A stretch of 64,000 nucleotides of DNA. Source: an uncultured Alphaproteobacteria bacterium (GTDB taxonomy: Bacteria; Pseudomonadota; Alphaproteobacteria; Rhizobiales; Tepidamorphaceae). Below, in pieces: positions 10,982 through 22,960 of this stretch. How positions within the stretch are numbered: the stretch's first letter is position 1; each line of letters starts with the position of its first letter. The notes below the pieces were generated by a model. The model saw nothing but the letters and a program-made list of their open reading frames with translations, searched no databases and was not told where the DNA came from. The position numbers and the translations under genes are program-made. The stretch covers positions 99,060-163,059 of the forward strand of contig CAWDMT010000008.1 of the NCBI GenBank assembly GCA_963803485.1. Direction: 5' to 3'.

Positions 10982-13455
10982 ATGCTACTGAGATTTCTGG
11001 GATTCCTGTTCACGATCGGTGTCGTGCTTTTCCTCATAGGCGCGGCGGTGGCCGGTTATGTCCTGTGGTATGTCGGGCGCGACCTTCCCGACTACGCGGT
11101 GCTGCGAAATTACGAGCCGCCGGTGATGACGCGCATTCATGCCGCCGACGGCCAGCTCGTCGCCGAATACGCCCGCGAGCGCCGGCTCTACCTGCCGATC
11201 CAGGCCGTGCCGGACCTCGTGTCAAGGCGGCGTTCCTGTCGGCGGAGGACAAGAACTTCTACAGCCACGGCGGCCTCGACTGTCTGCGGCATCGGCCGCG
11301 CGGTCGTGGAGAACGTCCGGAACCGCGGCTCGCGGCAAGCGGCCGGTCGGCGCCTCGACCATCACCCAGCAGGTCGCCAAGAACTTCCTGCTGACGAACG
11401 AGGTGTCCTACGAGCGCAAGATCAAGGAAGCGCTGCTCGCGCTCAGCGATCGAGCAGGCCTATTCCAAGGACAAGATCTTCGAGCTGTATCTGAACGAGA
11501 TCTATCTCGGGCTCGGCTCCTACGGCATCGCCGCGGCGGCGCTGAACTACTTCGACAAGCCGGTCACCAGCTGACGTCTGCGGAGGCGGCCTATCTGGCG
11601 GCGCTGCCGAAGGCGCCGGACGAACTACAATCCGTTCCGCCACAAGGAGCGCGCCATCGAGCGGCGGAACTGGGTGCGTCGACCGCATGGTGGAGAACGG
11701 ATACATCCGCAGCGAAGACGGCGAGGCGGCGAAGGCGAGCCAGGGACATCGAGGTCACGCCGCGGCCGACTGGCACGTACCTCTTCGCGTCAGAGTACTT
11801 CGCCGAGGAGGTGCGCCGGCAACTCGATCGAGCTGTACGGCGAGAGAAGCTCTACGAGGGCGGGCTGTCGGTCCGCACCACGCTCGATCCGAAGCTGCAG
11901 GTGCTGGCCCGCAGGCGCTGACCGACGGGCTGATCAGTACGATCCGGCGCGCGGCTTTCGCGGACCCGTCGAAGAGGTGGACGTAGCGGCGACTGGGGCG
12001 AGGCGCTCGGCGAGGTCGCCGCCGCTCTGCCGACGTTCCGGAATGGCGCCTGGCGGTGGTGCTGAGGACGGACGCCGACGACGCGGTCATCGGGCTGCAG
12101 CCGGGACGGCTTCCGAATCGGAAGGCTCGATGAGCGCCGGAGACGCGGCGACATCCCGCTCGAACAGCTGAGGTGGGCGAAATGGGCGACAGGCGAGCGT
12201 CGCGGGCGCGACGTCACGGCGCCCGAGCAGGTGCTCAAGCCCGGCGACGTCGTCTATGTCGAGACGGTCGACGAGGACGGGGGCGTCTACGAGCTTCAGC
12301 AGCCTCCCGAGATCCAGGGCGCGCTGGTGGCCATGGACCCGCATACCGGCCGCGTGCTCGCCATGGTCGGCGGCTTCTCGCTACGCCGAAAGCGAGTTCA
12401 ACCGGGCGACGCAGGCGCTGGCGGCAGCCGGGCTCTTCGTTCAAGCCGTTCGTCTACGCGGCGGCGCTCGACAACGGCTATACGCCGTCGTCGCGTGGTC
12501 ATCGACGCGCCGATCGAGATCGATGTCGGGCAGGCGATCTGGCGGCCGGAGAACTACGGCGGCAAATTCTACGGTCCGGCGACCCTGCGGACCGGCATCG
12601 AAAAGTCGCGGAACGTCATGACCGTGCGCCTGGCGCAGGACATGGGCATGCCGCTCGTCGCCGAATACGCGCGCCGCTTCGGCATCTACGACAACATGGG
12701 CCAGTACCTGCCCATGGCGCTCGGCGCCGGCGAGACGACGGTGCTGCGGATCACGGCAGCCTACGCGACGCTGGCCAACGGCGGCAGGAAGATCACGCCG
12801 ACGCTGATCGACCGCATCCAGGACCGGTACGGCGACACGATCTACAAGCACGACCAGCGGCAGTGCGTCGGCTGCGCGTCGACGGACTGGTACGGACAGG
12901 CCGAGCCGGAGCTCGTCGACGACCGCGAGCAGATGCTCGACCCCTATACCGCCTACCAGGTCACCTCGATGATGGAGGGCGTCGTCCAGCGCGGCACCGC
13001 GACGTCGGTGCGCGAGGTCGGCAAGCCGATCGGCCGGCAAGACCGGCACCACGAACGACTATGAAGGACGCCTGGTTCGTCGGATATTCCCCGGACCTCG
13101 CGGTCGGCGTGTTCGTCGGCTTCGACAAGCCGCGTTCGATCGGCAAGGGCAACGCCGGCGGCCGGCTCTCCGCGCCGATCTTCAAGAATTCATGAAGGAA
13201 GCCCTGAAGGACAAGCCGGCGGAGGCGTTCCGCATTCCGCCCGGCATCCAGCTCGTCAGGATCGACCCCACGACCGGACTTCGCGCCGGTCCCGGCGACG
13301 AGCGGGTGATCCTCGAGGCGTTCAAGCCGGGCCAGGAGCCGCCGTCGAGCTATTCGGTCATTGGCTTCCAGGACGGTTTCGGCTATCCGACGTCGGGTGG
13401 CTACCCCTCGCAGCAGGGGCCGGCCATCGGCGCGGGAACCGGCGGCCTCTACTAG
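10982..13455 (+). pseudogene. mrcA: Penicillin-binding protein 1A (bifunctional transglycosylase/transpeptidase), multiple frame changes
   Basis: TM anchor MLLRFLGFLFTIGVVLFLIGAAVAG. Glycosyltransferase motifs [31 protein letters not shown]. Transpeptidase motifs SSFKPFVYAAALDNGYTP and DAWFVGYSPDL. Tail FMKEALKDKP...GTGGLY*. These pieces are spread over at least 5 frame segments. Confidence 0.9.
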
Positions 13456-13506
13456 CTCCGCCGTCCCGCCGCCCGAACTCCAGGACCGGACCAGCAACGG
13501 ACAGCC

Positions 13507-14632
13507 ATGCGCGCAGAACACCAATCGCTCGTCGACGAAATCCGCCAGTCGATGGCCTTGCTCCGGAGGCATCTTTGACTGGGATCAGGCAAACCGCCGT
13601 CTGGACGAGCTGAACGGCCTCGCCGAAGACCCCTCGCTCTGGGATGACGCGGAGCGGGCGCAGGGCCTCATGCGCGAGCGCCAGCAGCTGGAGGATTCCA
13701 TCGAGGCGCTGACCGGCCTCGAGACCGGGCTCAACGACACGATCGAGCTGATCGAACTGGCCGAGGCGGAGGGCGACGCGGGCGTCCTCGACGAGGCCGG
13801 CGAGACGCTGCGCGCCATCCAGCGCGACGCGGCCAAGCGGCAGATCGAATCGCTGTTGTCGGGCGAGGCCGACGGCAACGACGCCTATATCGAGATTCAT
13901 GCCGGCGCCGGCGGTACCGAGAGCCAGGACTGGGCGGAGATGCTGCTCAGGATGTACACGCGCTGGGCGCAGGCGCACGGCTACAAGGTCGACGAGATCG
14001 GCTACAACGCCGGTGACGAGGCGGGGATCAAGGGCGCGACGATCCAGGTCAAGGGTGCCAACGCCTATGGCTGGCTGAAGTCGGAATCGGGCGTTCATCG
14101 CCTCGTGCGCATCTCGCCGTTCGATTCGAACGCCAGGCGGCATACGAGCTTCGCATCGGTCTGGGTTTACCCGGTCATCGACGACACCATCGAGATCGAC
14201 GTCAACGAATCCGACGTCCGGGTCGATACCTACAGGTCGTCCGGCGCCGGCGGCCAGCACGTGAACACGACGGATTCGGCCGTCCGGCTGACGCACATCC
14301 CGACGGGAATCGTCGTCGCCTGCCAGAACGAGCGCTCGCAGCACAAGAACCGCGCGACCGCCTGGGACATGCTGAGAGCGCGGCTCTACGAGCTGGAACT
14401 GCAGAAGCGGGAAGAGGCGGCGATGGCGGAGGCCGCGTCGAAGAGCGACATCGGGTGGGGCCACCAGATCCGCTCCTACGTCCTGCAGCCCTACCAGATG
14501 GTCAAGGACCTGAGGACCGGCGTCGAGAGCACCAATCCGTCGGCCGTGCTCGACGGCGATCTCGACGAGTTCATGGAGGCGTCGCTGGCGCAGCGTGTCG
14601 GTGGCGAGGAGGCCGAGGCGCAGGTCTCGTGA
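13507..14632 (+). CDS. prfB: Peptide chain release factor 2, join(13507..13575,13577..14632) via programmed +1 frameshift
   Basis: [23 protein letters not shown] is followed by an in-frame TGA. The +1 frame continues [24 protein letters not shown]... through the SPF and GGQHVN motifs to a stop at 14630-14632. Confidence 0.95.
13564..13579 (+). promoter_or_regulatory. prfB: prfB autoregulatory +1 frameshift site (internal SD-like AGG AGG, CTT TGA C slippery/stop context)
   Basis: cgGAGGcatCTTTGAC read directly. CTT is 13573-75 and TGA is 13576-78. Confidence 0.9.
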
Positions 14633-14645
14633 GACCCCGGGACCG

Positions 14646-15950
14646 TCAGTAGCCTTCCGGGACCAGCTTGGCCGCGTCGACAAAGGGGCGGGGATTGCGC
14701 GGGGCGCCCGACTTGCGGGTCTCGTAATGCAGGTGAGGACCCGTCGAGCGGCCGGTGCTGCCGACCTCGCCGACGATGTCTCCCGGCTCTACCGACTGCC
14801 CGCGGCTGACGGCGATCGAGTTCAGGTGGGCATAGCGCGTCTGATAGCCGTTGCCGTGGTCGATCTCCACGAGGTTGCCGTATCCGCCCATCCTGCCGGC
14901 GCGCGTCACGCGGCCGGCGCCCGCGGCCAGAACCGGGGTTCCGGTGCGTGCCCTGAAATCCAGGCCTGTATGCATGGCGGGGCGGCGCAGGAACGGGTCC
15001 ATGCGCGTGCCGTACCCGCTGGAGAGCCGGGGCGACCCGGCCAGCGGCAGCCTCACGGGGAGATAGCGCACCTGCTTCGAAAGGATATCGAGCCTCTCGA
15101 TGGCATTTTCGATACGCACGATCTGGTTGTCGGCCTCCATCGGGCCTTCACCACCGCGCAACTCGACGAACGGACCGCCGATACCCTCTTCGATCTGGGC
15201 AGAGGCCGGCACGGCCGCGCCGATGGCGCCCGGGATGGCGGCGAGCCTGCGGACCTTGTCGACCACGGAGGTCTCGAGGGAATTGAGGATCATGTTCTGG
15301 GAATTGGCCATCCGGTCCAAAGCCCCGCCCAACTCGGCAAGGGCACGGGTCGCGGGGTTGTCGGAGGGGCCGTTCCTCTCCGGGAACCCGAAGCCGAGCG
15401 GCTGTGGCCGGGAGAGTAGGATCGGTACCGTACCCGCCGAGGCGACGGTCGGCTTGACCAGGGGCACGATCGCTCCGGTCTGGACGGGCTCCGTCTTCGC
15501 CGGGACCGACCTGATGGACAGGTCATGCTCGCCGGCCGTTCGGAAAAGGCCGCCGATCCGGGCGTGATACTCTTCCATCTGGGCCTGGCGCCGACGCATG
15601 TCGGCGAGCTCGCGCTCGAACTTCGTCTGGTCCAGGAACTGGCGGCTGTTGATCTCGTCGATCTGGCGTCGGAGCGTCGCTATGCGGTCTTCGTAAGCGC
15701 GCTGGTTCTCGACCTCGTAGAAGCGTGCCGCCTCCTGGATATCCCGATGGAACAGGAGCCATCCCGTCGAGACCACCAGCCACGAGGTCAACAGGACCCC
15801 GATCGCGGCGAGGGTCGAAAGGGTGGCAGGCGTGAAGGTTACGCAGACGCTTCCGCGAGGGGCTGCCGGTGCGGCGGCAGACTCGACCTCGGGGCGGCGA
15901 TAGGACGTATGGGGGCGCGTCATCTCGTCCGAAGCACAGAATGGGGACAC
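14646..15950 (-). CDS. M23 family peptidoglycan DD-metalloendopeptidase with N-terminal TM and coiled-coil region
   Basis: C-terminal LytM/M23 domain: [23 protein letters not shown]...GGYGNLVEIDHGNGYQTRYAHL...GSTGRSTGPHLHYE. The start is uncertain (GTG 15950 or ATG 15923). Confidence 0.85.
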   Translation of the reverse strand: MSPFCASDEMTRPHTSYRRPEVESAAAPAAPRGSVCVTFTPATLSTLAAIGVLLTSWLVVSTGWLLFHRDIQEAARFYEVENQRAYEDRIATLRRQIDEINSRQFLDQTKFERELADMRRRQAQMEEYHARIGGLFRTAGEHDLSIRSVPAKTEPVQTGAIVPLVKPTVASAGTVPILLSRPQPLGFGFPERNGPSDNPATRALAELGGALDRMANSQNMILNSLETSVVDKVRRLAAIPGAIGAAVPASAQIEEGIGGPFVELRGGEGPMEADNQIVRIENAIERLDILSKQVRYLPVRLPLAGSPRLSSGYGTRMDPFLRRPAMHTGLDFRARTGTPVLAAGAGRVTRAGRMGGYGNLVEIDHGNGYQTRYAHLNSIAVSRGQSVEPGDIVGEVGSTGRSTGPHLHYETRKSGAPRNPRPFVDAAKLVPEGY

Positions 15951-16048
15951 TGGGGAAGTCGGTTACACGGTAGCCGTGAAGAGAGTGGCTTCCGCATGGT
16001 TAAGATTGTACGAAGATTGTCCCCGTTCGCGCGCCGGCCGTGTCGAGA

Positions 16049-16540
<492 letters not shown>

Positions 16541-16776
16541 CCTTTCGTCGCTTTCGCCGTCTTAGCCAGTGTTCCGCCATCCGCGGACCCTACGCAGCGC
16601 TCCCGCGGTGCGGATCAGCAATGCGCCTGGCGGTGGAGAATTCGGTCCGCGCGGACGGCGCCGGATCGGTGTATTGTCTGTTTCGTACGGCAATCTCAAC
16701 GATTCCGTGACGGTTAGGGTAGCAGTATCTTGAGGGTGAGATCGACGGGCGACGTTCACGGAACGACGGCGTACCG

Positions 16777-19700
16777 ATGAGGACCAGCGCAGTCCGGCTG
16801 CTCGGGCGCGCCCGGCGCTCAATGCGCAGGGCCGGGTGGCGCATGCGCCAAGTCCTCGCCGCCAGACCTTCCATCCGCCGGGCGCTGGCCGGGGGCGTCA
16901 TTGCCGCCGCGCTCGTCGCGATCGGGCTGGGCACTCTGAACTGGAGGCTCTCCAGCGGACCGATCGCCATTTCATTCCTGACCGACGACATCGTCGCCGC
17001 CGCCGCGCAGCGGCTGCCTGCGGGCTTCGTGCTCGAGGTCGCGGACACGGAGCTGAACCGGCATCCCGACTATGGCATACAGGTGGGGCTCAGCGACGTC
17101 GCCCTGACCGGTCCGACGGGGGAGACCGTCTTCGCGGCTCCCCGGGCGACCATCGGCCTGTCGCCTTGGCGGCTGGTCACCGGGCGGGTATCGCCGCGGT
17201 CGCTGTGGCTGATCGAGCCTGAACTCACGGTCGTGGACACCGAGGCCGGGCTGCGGCTTCGCGCAGCCACGCCCGAGCCGCTTCCGGAGACGGCCCGCGT
17301 GACGACCCGGCCAGCCGATGTGGCGGCGGTCCTGCTCGCGCTCGTCAACGATGGCGGCCTGCAATCGGTCGGTGTTCGCGATGCGACGTTCACGGTGGAC
17401 CGCGACGGCGAGCGGGCCGCCTTCGGCCCCGTCACGCTCGGCATGTTCAACGGCCGGGGAGCCAACGATCTTTCGTTCATGGCGATGCTCGGCAGCGAAG
17501 CGGGGATGCCTCGCATCCAGGGCACGATAGTTCGCGAGGCGGACTACGACCTGATGGTCGAGGCGACCCTGAGCGACCTGGCGATGACCGACGTCGCGGC
17601 ATGGTTCCCCAAGACCTTGCCGGTCACTTTCAGCAGCCCGATGAACAGCGTTGTTGCCTTCCGGATCGACGGCGGCGGCCGGCTGGAGGCGGCGAGCGCG
17701 AAGGTGACGGTCGGCGCGGGGCATGTCGGATTCGGAGAGAGGCGATTTCTGATCGACGAGGCGGACGTTACCATCGACTGGAGCGATGCGACGGGCCAGG
17801 TGTCCATCCTGCCATCCGTCATCCTGGCCGGGGGGAGCAAGGCGACGGTCGCCGCCCAGGTCGCGGTCCCTGATCGCGGAGAATTCAGCTACGGCACGAT
17901 CCCGATGCGGCTGGAACTCACGGATGTCGAGATCGGCGACGACAGGGGCGGCCCGCCGGCGATCTATCCCTCGGTGACCGCCGAGGCCTTCTACGTGACG
18001 GACCAGAGCGTCCTGCACATCAGCCGCCTTGATGTCGTGGCGCGTGACGCCGCCATGTCGTTCGTCGGCTTCGCCGGAGGAGCCGGCGAATCCCCGGGCA
18101 TCAGGCTCGCCGGCAGCATGGTGCCGATGCCCTACGACGCGCTTCGGGAACTCTGGCCGCCATTCCTCGGCCCCAACACGCGAAACTGGGTGCTTCGCCA
18201 TCTCGACGCCGGAACGGTCACCGAGGGCAGGCTGACCGTCGACATCGCGCCGGGCGACCTCGCCGCGATGGCGCGGGGCGTGCCTTTACCCGAGCAGTCG
18301 TATCTTCTGGAGTTCCAGGTCGAGGACGTCGATTTTCGCTATCTCGGCGACATGCCGCCGATCACCGGCGCCCGCGGCCATGCCAGGCTTACCCCCGCGA
18401 CCTTCGACCTGCGGATGGCGCAGGGCGCGATCGTGCCGGTCGGGGAAAGCGAGCGCATAGCGGTCGGCAGCGGTCGTTTTCACATCGCCGACCGCCGGGC
18501 GCAGCCGCCGACAGGGGAGATCACGCTTTCGGTCTCCGGGAGCGCCTCGGCCATGATGCGGCTGTTCGATCACGAGCCGATCAGCCTCGCGAGCAGGCGC
18601 AACCTCGATCCGTCGACCCTGGGCGGGGACGGCGCGCTCGACATCGGGCTGACGCTGCCGCTGGTCAACGGCGTGCGTCTGTCGGACGTCGGGCTGACGG
18701 TCGATGGAACGATCAGCGGCTTTAGCGCGGAGAACTTCTCGGGGGCGCGTACCGTCGAGGGGGGCGAGATGGAGGTCAGGGTCGCCGACGGGCGATTCTC
18801 GGTGACTGGAGAGGCGGTGGTCGACGGCGTGCCGGCCGAGATCGCTCTCGAGGATTCCATCGACGGGCAAGGCGAGCCGGGCGAGCAGGCAGTGACGCTG
18901 CGTCTCGACGAGGAGGCGCGGGAGCGGCTCGGCATTCCGTTGGGCGATATCATCTCGGGACCGATCTCGGCGACCGTGGCGGACGTGCGGGCCGTCGGCC
19001 GCGGAACGTCGCAGCGCATCGAGGCCGATCTCACCGACGCGCGCATCGCTTTCGCCCCGCTCGGACTCGAGAAGCCCGCGGGCGAGCGGGCGAACGCCAC
19101 CTTCCAGCTCGCGCAGGAGGGCGAGGCGATCCGGCTGACCGGAATCGACTTCCAGTCCGGCGCGATCCGGATCCGGGGCGAGGCCGAGTTCCAGCGTGGG
19201 GGAGGACTGGTAAGTCTCGACCTGCCCGTCGTGCGCACCGCACGGGGGACCGACATCGCGATCACCGGCGAGAGCGACGGGGCGGCCGACAGGTTCACGC
19301 TGCGCGGGCGCGCGCTCGACTTGCGACCTGCGCTTCGCGGCATAGGCGGCCGGGCGACGGAGGGCGCGGCGACCGCCACGGGCGGGGACGGCGGCCGGTA
19401 CCGGGTGGCGATTGACGTGGAAGAGGCGATCGGCTTCCACGGTGAATCGCTCGGCTCGGTCGACGCCACGGTTCACCAGGATGGCGGCTCGGTTTCGCGG
19501 CTGGAACTGACCGGGACGACATCGACAGGGCAGAGCGTCGTGGTCCGTTTCGGGGACGACGGCGGGATTGCCGACCTCGGCGTCGATACCGACGACGGCG
19601 GGCGGTTGCTGGCCTGGAGCGGACTTTACCCCAACATGCGCAACGGCCGGCTCCGGCTCGCCGCCTCCCGGCGCGGGGCCGACGCGCCGCTGGCCGGCCG

Positions 19701-20226
19701 GCTCGTCATCAATGGGTTCGCGATCGCCAACGATCCGTCGCTGCAGCGCATCATGGAAAGCGGGGAACAGGACAGGCGGCGAGGCGCGGCGCAAGGTGAC
19801 GGGCAGTCGTTCAATCCTTCCAATGTCGGCTTTGACACGCTGTCACTACCCTTCATCCAGGGGCCGGCCGGGTTCCAGGTGAGCGACGGGGTGCTGCGCG
19901 GGCCAGCCGTCGGGGCGACGATCGAGGGGCAGGTGGACCTCGGTAGCGACCGGCTGTCCCTCCACGGCACCTACGTACCGCTCTACGCGCTGAACAACCT
20001 GTTCGGGCAACTGCCCATCTTCGGGCCGCTGCTGGGCGGCAAGCGCAACGAGGGGATGTTCGGGGTGACCTATTCGCTGTCGGGGCCGGTGAACAGCCCG
20101 GTGCTGACGATCAATCCGCTGTCGCTCGTGGCGCCCGGCGTTTTCCGCTACATCCTGGGCATGGACAATCCGCAGGCCTTCACGCCGCAGTCGACGGGCA
20201 GCTCCCGCGATCCGTCGATCCGCTGA
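16777..20226 (+). CDS. Large AsmA-family / DUF3971-type membrane-anchored protein (YhdP/TamB-like)
   Basis: Uninterrupted 1149 aa. N-terminal TM (GGVIAAALVAIGLGTL). Long beta-rich body. C-terminus GMFGVTYSLSGPVNSPVLTINPLSLVAPGVFRYILG is typical of AsmA-like C-terminal regions. Family call is by pattern only. Confidence 0.6.
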   Translation: MRTSAVRLLGRARRSMRRAGWRMRQVLAARPSIRRALAGGVIAAALVAIGLGTLNWRLSSGPIAISFLTDDIVAAAAQRLPAGFVLEVADTELNRHPDYGIQVGLSDVALTGPTGETVFAAPRATIGLSPWRLVTGRVSPRSLWLIEPELTVVDTEAGLRLRAATPEPLPETARVTTRPADVAAVLLALVNDGGLQSVGVRDATFTVDRDGERAAFGPVTLGMFNGRGANDLSFMAMLGSEAGMPRIQGTIVREADYDLMVEATLSDLAMTDVAAWFPKTLPVTFSSPMNSVVAFRIDGGGRLEAASAKVTVGAGHVGFGERRFLIDEADVTIDWSDATGQVSILPSVILAGGSKATVAAQVAVPDRGEFSYGTIPMRLELTDVEIGDDRGGPPAIYPSVTAEAFYVTDQSVLHISRLDVVARDAAMSFVGFAGGAGESPGIRLAGSMVPMPYDALRELWPPFLGPNTRNWVLRHLDAGTVTEGRLTVDIAPGDLAAMARGVPLPEQSYLLEFQVEDVDFRYLGDMPPITGARGHARLTPATFDLRMAQGAIVPVGESERIAVGSGRFHIADRRAQPPTGEITLSVSGSASAMMRLFDHEPISLASRRNLDPSTLGGDGALDIGLTLPLVNGVRLSDVGLTVDGTISGFSAENFSGARTVEGGEMEVRVADGRFSVTGEAVVDGVPAEIALEDSIDGQGEPGEQAVTLRLDEEARERLGIPLGDIISGPISATVADVRAVGRGTSQRIEADLTDARIAFAPLGLEKPAGERANATFQLAQEGEAIRLTGIDFQSGAIRIRGEAEFQRGGGLVSLDLPVVRTARGTDIAITGESDGAADRFTLRGRALDLRPALRGIGGRATEGAATATGGDGGRYRVAIDVEEAIGFHGESLGSVDATVHQDGGSVSRLELTGTTSTGQSVVVRFGDDGGIADLGVDTDDGGRLLAWSGLYPNMRNGRLRLAASRRGADAPLAGRLVINGFAIANDPSLQRIMESGEQDRRRGAAQGDGQSFNPSNVGFDTLSLPFIQGPAGFQVSDGVLRGPAVGATIEGQVDLGSDRLSLHGTYVPLYALNNLFGQLPIFGPLLGGKRNEGMFGVTYSLSGPVNSPVLTINPLSLVAPGVFRYILGMDNPQAFTPQSTGSSRDPSIR

Positions 20227-20231
20227 ACGAG

Positions 20232-21485
20232 TCAGGCGGGACGCAGGAGGACGTGCTTCTTGCGCCCGAAGGACAATTTGATCACGCCGTCGGCCGTCAG
20301 GTCCGAAGCGTCGAGCGTCCTCGTCGGGTCGTTCACCGGCTGGTCGTTGACCCTCAACGCACCGCCCGACACCGCGCGGCGGGCCTCGCCGTTCGACGCG
20401 ACGAGGCCGGCGCGGACGAAGGCGGTGAGGAGGCCGAGCCCGGCTTCGATCTCGCCGCGCGGGACTTCGACCGTCGGCAGGTCCTGCGACAGGCGGCCTT
20501 CCTCGAAGGTGGCGCGCGCGGTCTCGGCAGCGGCGTCGGCGGCCTCACGGCAATGCAGCATCGCAGTAGCCTCCGTCGCCAACACCTTCTTGGCCTCGTT
20601 GATCTCCGCGCCCGGCAGAGCCTCGAGACGGGCGATCTCGTCCAGGGGCATGTCGGTGAACAGGCGCATGAAGCGGCCGACGTCGGCGTCCTCGGTGTTG
20701 CGCCAGTACTGCCAGTAATCCCACGGACTCAGCATGTCGGCGTTGAGCCAGACGGCGCCGGCGGCTGTCTTGCCCATCTTGGCCCCCGAGGCGGTGGTGA
20801 TGAGGGGGCAGGTGAGGCCGAATATCTCCGCACCGTCGATCCGGCGGGCGAGGTCGATGCCGTTGACGATGTTGCCCCACTGGTCCGAGCCGCCCATCTG
20901 GAGCCGGCAACCGTGGCGGCGGGCAAGCTCCATGTAGTCGTAGGCCTGGAGGATCATGTAGTTGAACTCCAGGAAAGACAGCGGCTGCTCGCGTTCCAGC
21001 CGCAGCTTCACCGAATCGAACGACAACATCCGGTTGACGGAGAAGTGGCGGCCGACCTCGCGCAGGAAGGGGATATATTCGAGCTTGTCGAGCCAGTCGG
21101 CGTTGTTGACCATGACAGCGTCGGTCGGACCGTCGCCGAAAGTCAGGAAGCGGTCAAAGGCGGTTTTGATCGAAGCCATGTTGGCGGCGATCTGGTCGTC
21201 GGTCAGGAGCTGGCGCGCCTCGTCCTTGCCAGACGGGTCGCCCACCTTGGTCGTGCCGCCACCCATGAGCACGATGGGCTTGTGGCCGGCCTGTTGGAGC
21301 CGGCGCAGCATCATGATGCCCATCATGTGGCCGACATGCAGGCTGGGGCCGGTGCAGTCGAAGCCGATATAGGCGGTGATCGCCTCCCTGGCCGCGAGCG
21401 CGTCGAGCGCGTCGGCGTCGGAGATCTGGTGGATGTAACCGCGCGCGTCGAGCGTGCGCAGGAAATCAGACTTGAAGGCGGGCAT
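20232..21485 (-). CDS. tyrS: Tyrosine--tRNA ligase
   Basis: 417 aa from ATG at 21485 ([20 protein letters not shown]). HIGH-type motif PSLHVGH. KMSKS-type motif KMGKT. C-terminal S4-like domain. The 838-aa track ORF is an upstream over-extension. Confidence 0.95.
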   Translation of the reverse strand: MPAFKSDFLRTLDARGYIHQISDADALDALAAREAITAYIGFDCTGPSLHVGHMMGIMMLRRLQQAGHKPIVLMGGGTTKVGDPSGKDEARQLLTDDQIAANMASIKTAFDRFLTFGDGPTDAVMVNNADWLDKLEYIPFLREVGRHFSVNRMLSFDSVKLRLEREQPLSFLEFNYMILQAYDYMELARRHGCRLQMGGSDQWGNIVNGIDLARRIDGAEIFGLTCPLITTASGAKMGKTAAGAVWLNADMLSPWDYWQYWRNTEDADVGRFMRLFTDMPLDEIARLEALPGAEINEAKKVLATEATAMLHCREAADAAAETARATFEEGRLSQDLPTVEVPRGEIEAGLGLLTAFVRAGLVASNGEARRAVSGGALRVNDQPVNDPTRTLDASDLTADGVIKLSFGRKKHVLLRPA

Positions 21486-21611
21486 CGGACTTGCGCTTAT
21501 TCCAAAGTATCCGAAAGGGGCCGGCGTACGTCCACGAAAGACTTGGATGCCGGGGACGAGCCCGGGCGACGAGGCCAAGGTTTGGGACACAGCGTATAGC
21601 AGCGGTATCGG

Positions 21612-22724
21612 ATGATTGCACCTAGCCAGACCATGACGGCGATCGGGCTGATGAGCGGGACGTTGATGGACGGTATCGACGTGGCGCTGATCGAAACGGA
21701 CGGGGAGACTGTCTCGCGTTTCGGGCCCGTCGCCTCGCGGAGCTACGCCCCCGAGGAGCGGGCGGCGATCCGGCGGGCGTTGGAAGCGGCGCGCAGCGTG
21801 ACCGACCGGGCAGACAGGTCGGGCGCGCTGGGCGACGCCGAGCGCGTCGTCACCGAGGCGCACGGACGCGTCGTGGAGGCGTTTCTCGCCGATAACGGGC
21901 TGTCGCCGTCGGACATCGACGTGGTCGGATTCCACGGCCAGACGGTGGTGCATCGGCCCGATCTCGGCTTCACGGTACAGGTGGGCGACGGCCCGGCGCT
22001 GGCCGGGCGGCTCGGCATAGACGTGGTTCACGATCTCAGGGCGGCCGACATGGCGGGCGGCGGGCAGGGCGCGCCTGTCGTGCCGGTCTATCACCGGGCG
22101 CTGGCGCTGGGCGCCGGCCTCGACCTGCCGGTGGTGGTGGCCAACATCGGCGGGGTTGGCAACGTCACCTGGCTCGGCGACGGCGATCCCGTTGCCTTCG
22201 ACACGGGCCCGGGCAACGCCCTGATCGACGACTTCGTGTCGGGTAGGACGGGCGCGCCCTACGACGACGGCGGACGGCTCGCGGCGGCGGGCAGGGTGGA
22301 TCAGGCGGCGCTGGACCGGCTCATGGACAATCCATACTTTGCGATGCAGCCGCCGAAATCGCTCGACCGCGACGCCTTCGATGGTTCGCCGGTCGCCGGC
22401 CTGTCCCTGGAGGATGGCGCGGCGACGCTGACGGCGTTCACTGCCGAGACGCTCGCTGCCGCCAGAGCGTTCTTCCCTGAGTCGCCGAAGCGCTGGATCG
22501 TGTCGGGCGGCGGCGGGCGGAACCCATCCATGCTCGCCGCGCTGCAGGCGCGCGTCGAGGCGCCAGTCACGACGGCGAACGCGATCGGCTGGGCCGGCGA
22601 CCACGTGGAGGCGCAGGCCTTCGCCTTCCTCGCGGTGCGGTCGCTGAAAGGCCTGCCGCTGACATTTTCGACGACGACGGGGGTGCGGGAGGCGATGACG
22701 GGGGGCGTGCTGGCGCGGGGGTGA
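21612..22724 (+). CDS. anmK: Anhydro-N-acetylmuramic acid kinase
   Basis: [23 protein letters not shown]-terminus and AnmK-like collinearity over 370 aa. The start may instead be ATG 21633. Confidence 0.88.
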   Translation: MIAPSQTMTAIGLMSGTLMDGIDVALIETDGETVSRFGPVASRSYAPEERAAIRRALEAARSVTDRADRSGALGDAERVVTEAHGRVVEAFLADNGLSPSDIDVVGFHGQTVVHRPDLGFTVQVGDGPALAGRLGIDVVHDLRAADMAGGGQGAPVVPVYHRALALGAGLDLPVVVANIGGVGNVTWLGDGDPVAFDTGPGNALIDDFVSGRTGAPYDDGGRLAAAGRVDQAALDRLMDNPYFAMQPPKSLDRDAFDGSPVAGLSLEDGAATLTAFTAETLAAARAFFPESPKRWIVSGGGGRNPSMLAALQARVEAPVTTANAIGWAGDHVEAQAFAFLAVRSLKGLPLTFSTTTGVREAMTGGVLARG

Positions 22725-22807
22725 TGGGATCCCGGGCGAATTCCGCATTCAGAGCAGCGCTTGTTAAAGCCCGCCTGGAACGACCGAGGCCTCAACGGGC
22801 CGCCCCC

Positions 22808-22960
22808 GAAATAAGAAGAGGCGGCCGATGAGCCGCCTCAGTCTGATACGCACCAACGGAGGGAGGTTGGGTACAGAAGGCCGTTCAGCGGACTCCGACA
22901 AAGAGCTGGTGCCGAAATCTTCGTCGCCATGAAGTCTGACCGATTCTCGGGCAGGAGCGG
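22808..22960 (-). ncRNA. Candidate trans-acting sRNA with anti-Shine-Dalgarno hairpin loop (5' end not determined)
   Basis: On the minus strand there is a hairpin CCAAC-CUCCCUCC-GUUGG (22853-22870). It is followed by a terminator GAGGCGGC-UCAUCG-GCCGCCUC (22818-22839) plus UUCUUAUUUC. The region is AT-richer than its surroundings. The overlapping 80-aa ORF lacks the GC3 bias of real genes here. Confidence 0.3.

Noticed and set aside
21486-22748. N-terminal 421 aa of the 838-aa ORF that contains tyrS
   Set aside because: TyrS starts at MPAFKSDF (ATG 21485). The upstream extension is antisense to anmK and has no protein-like features.
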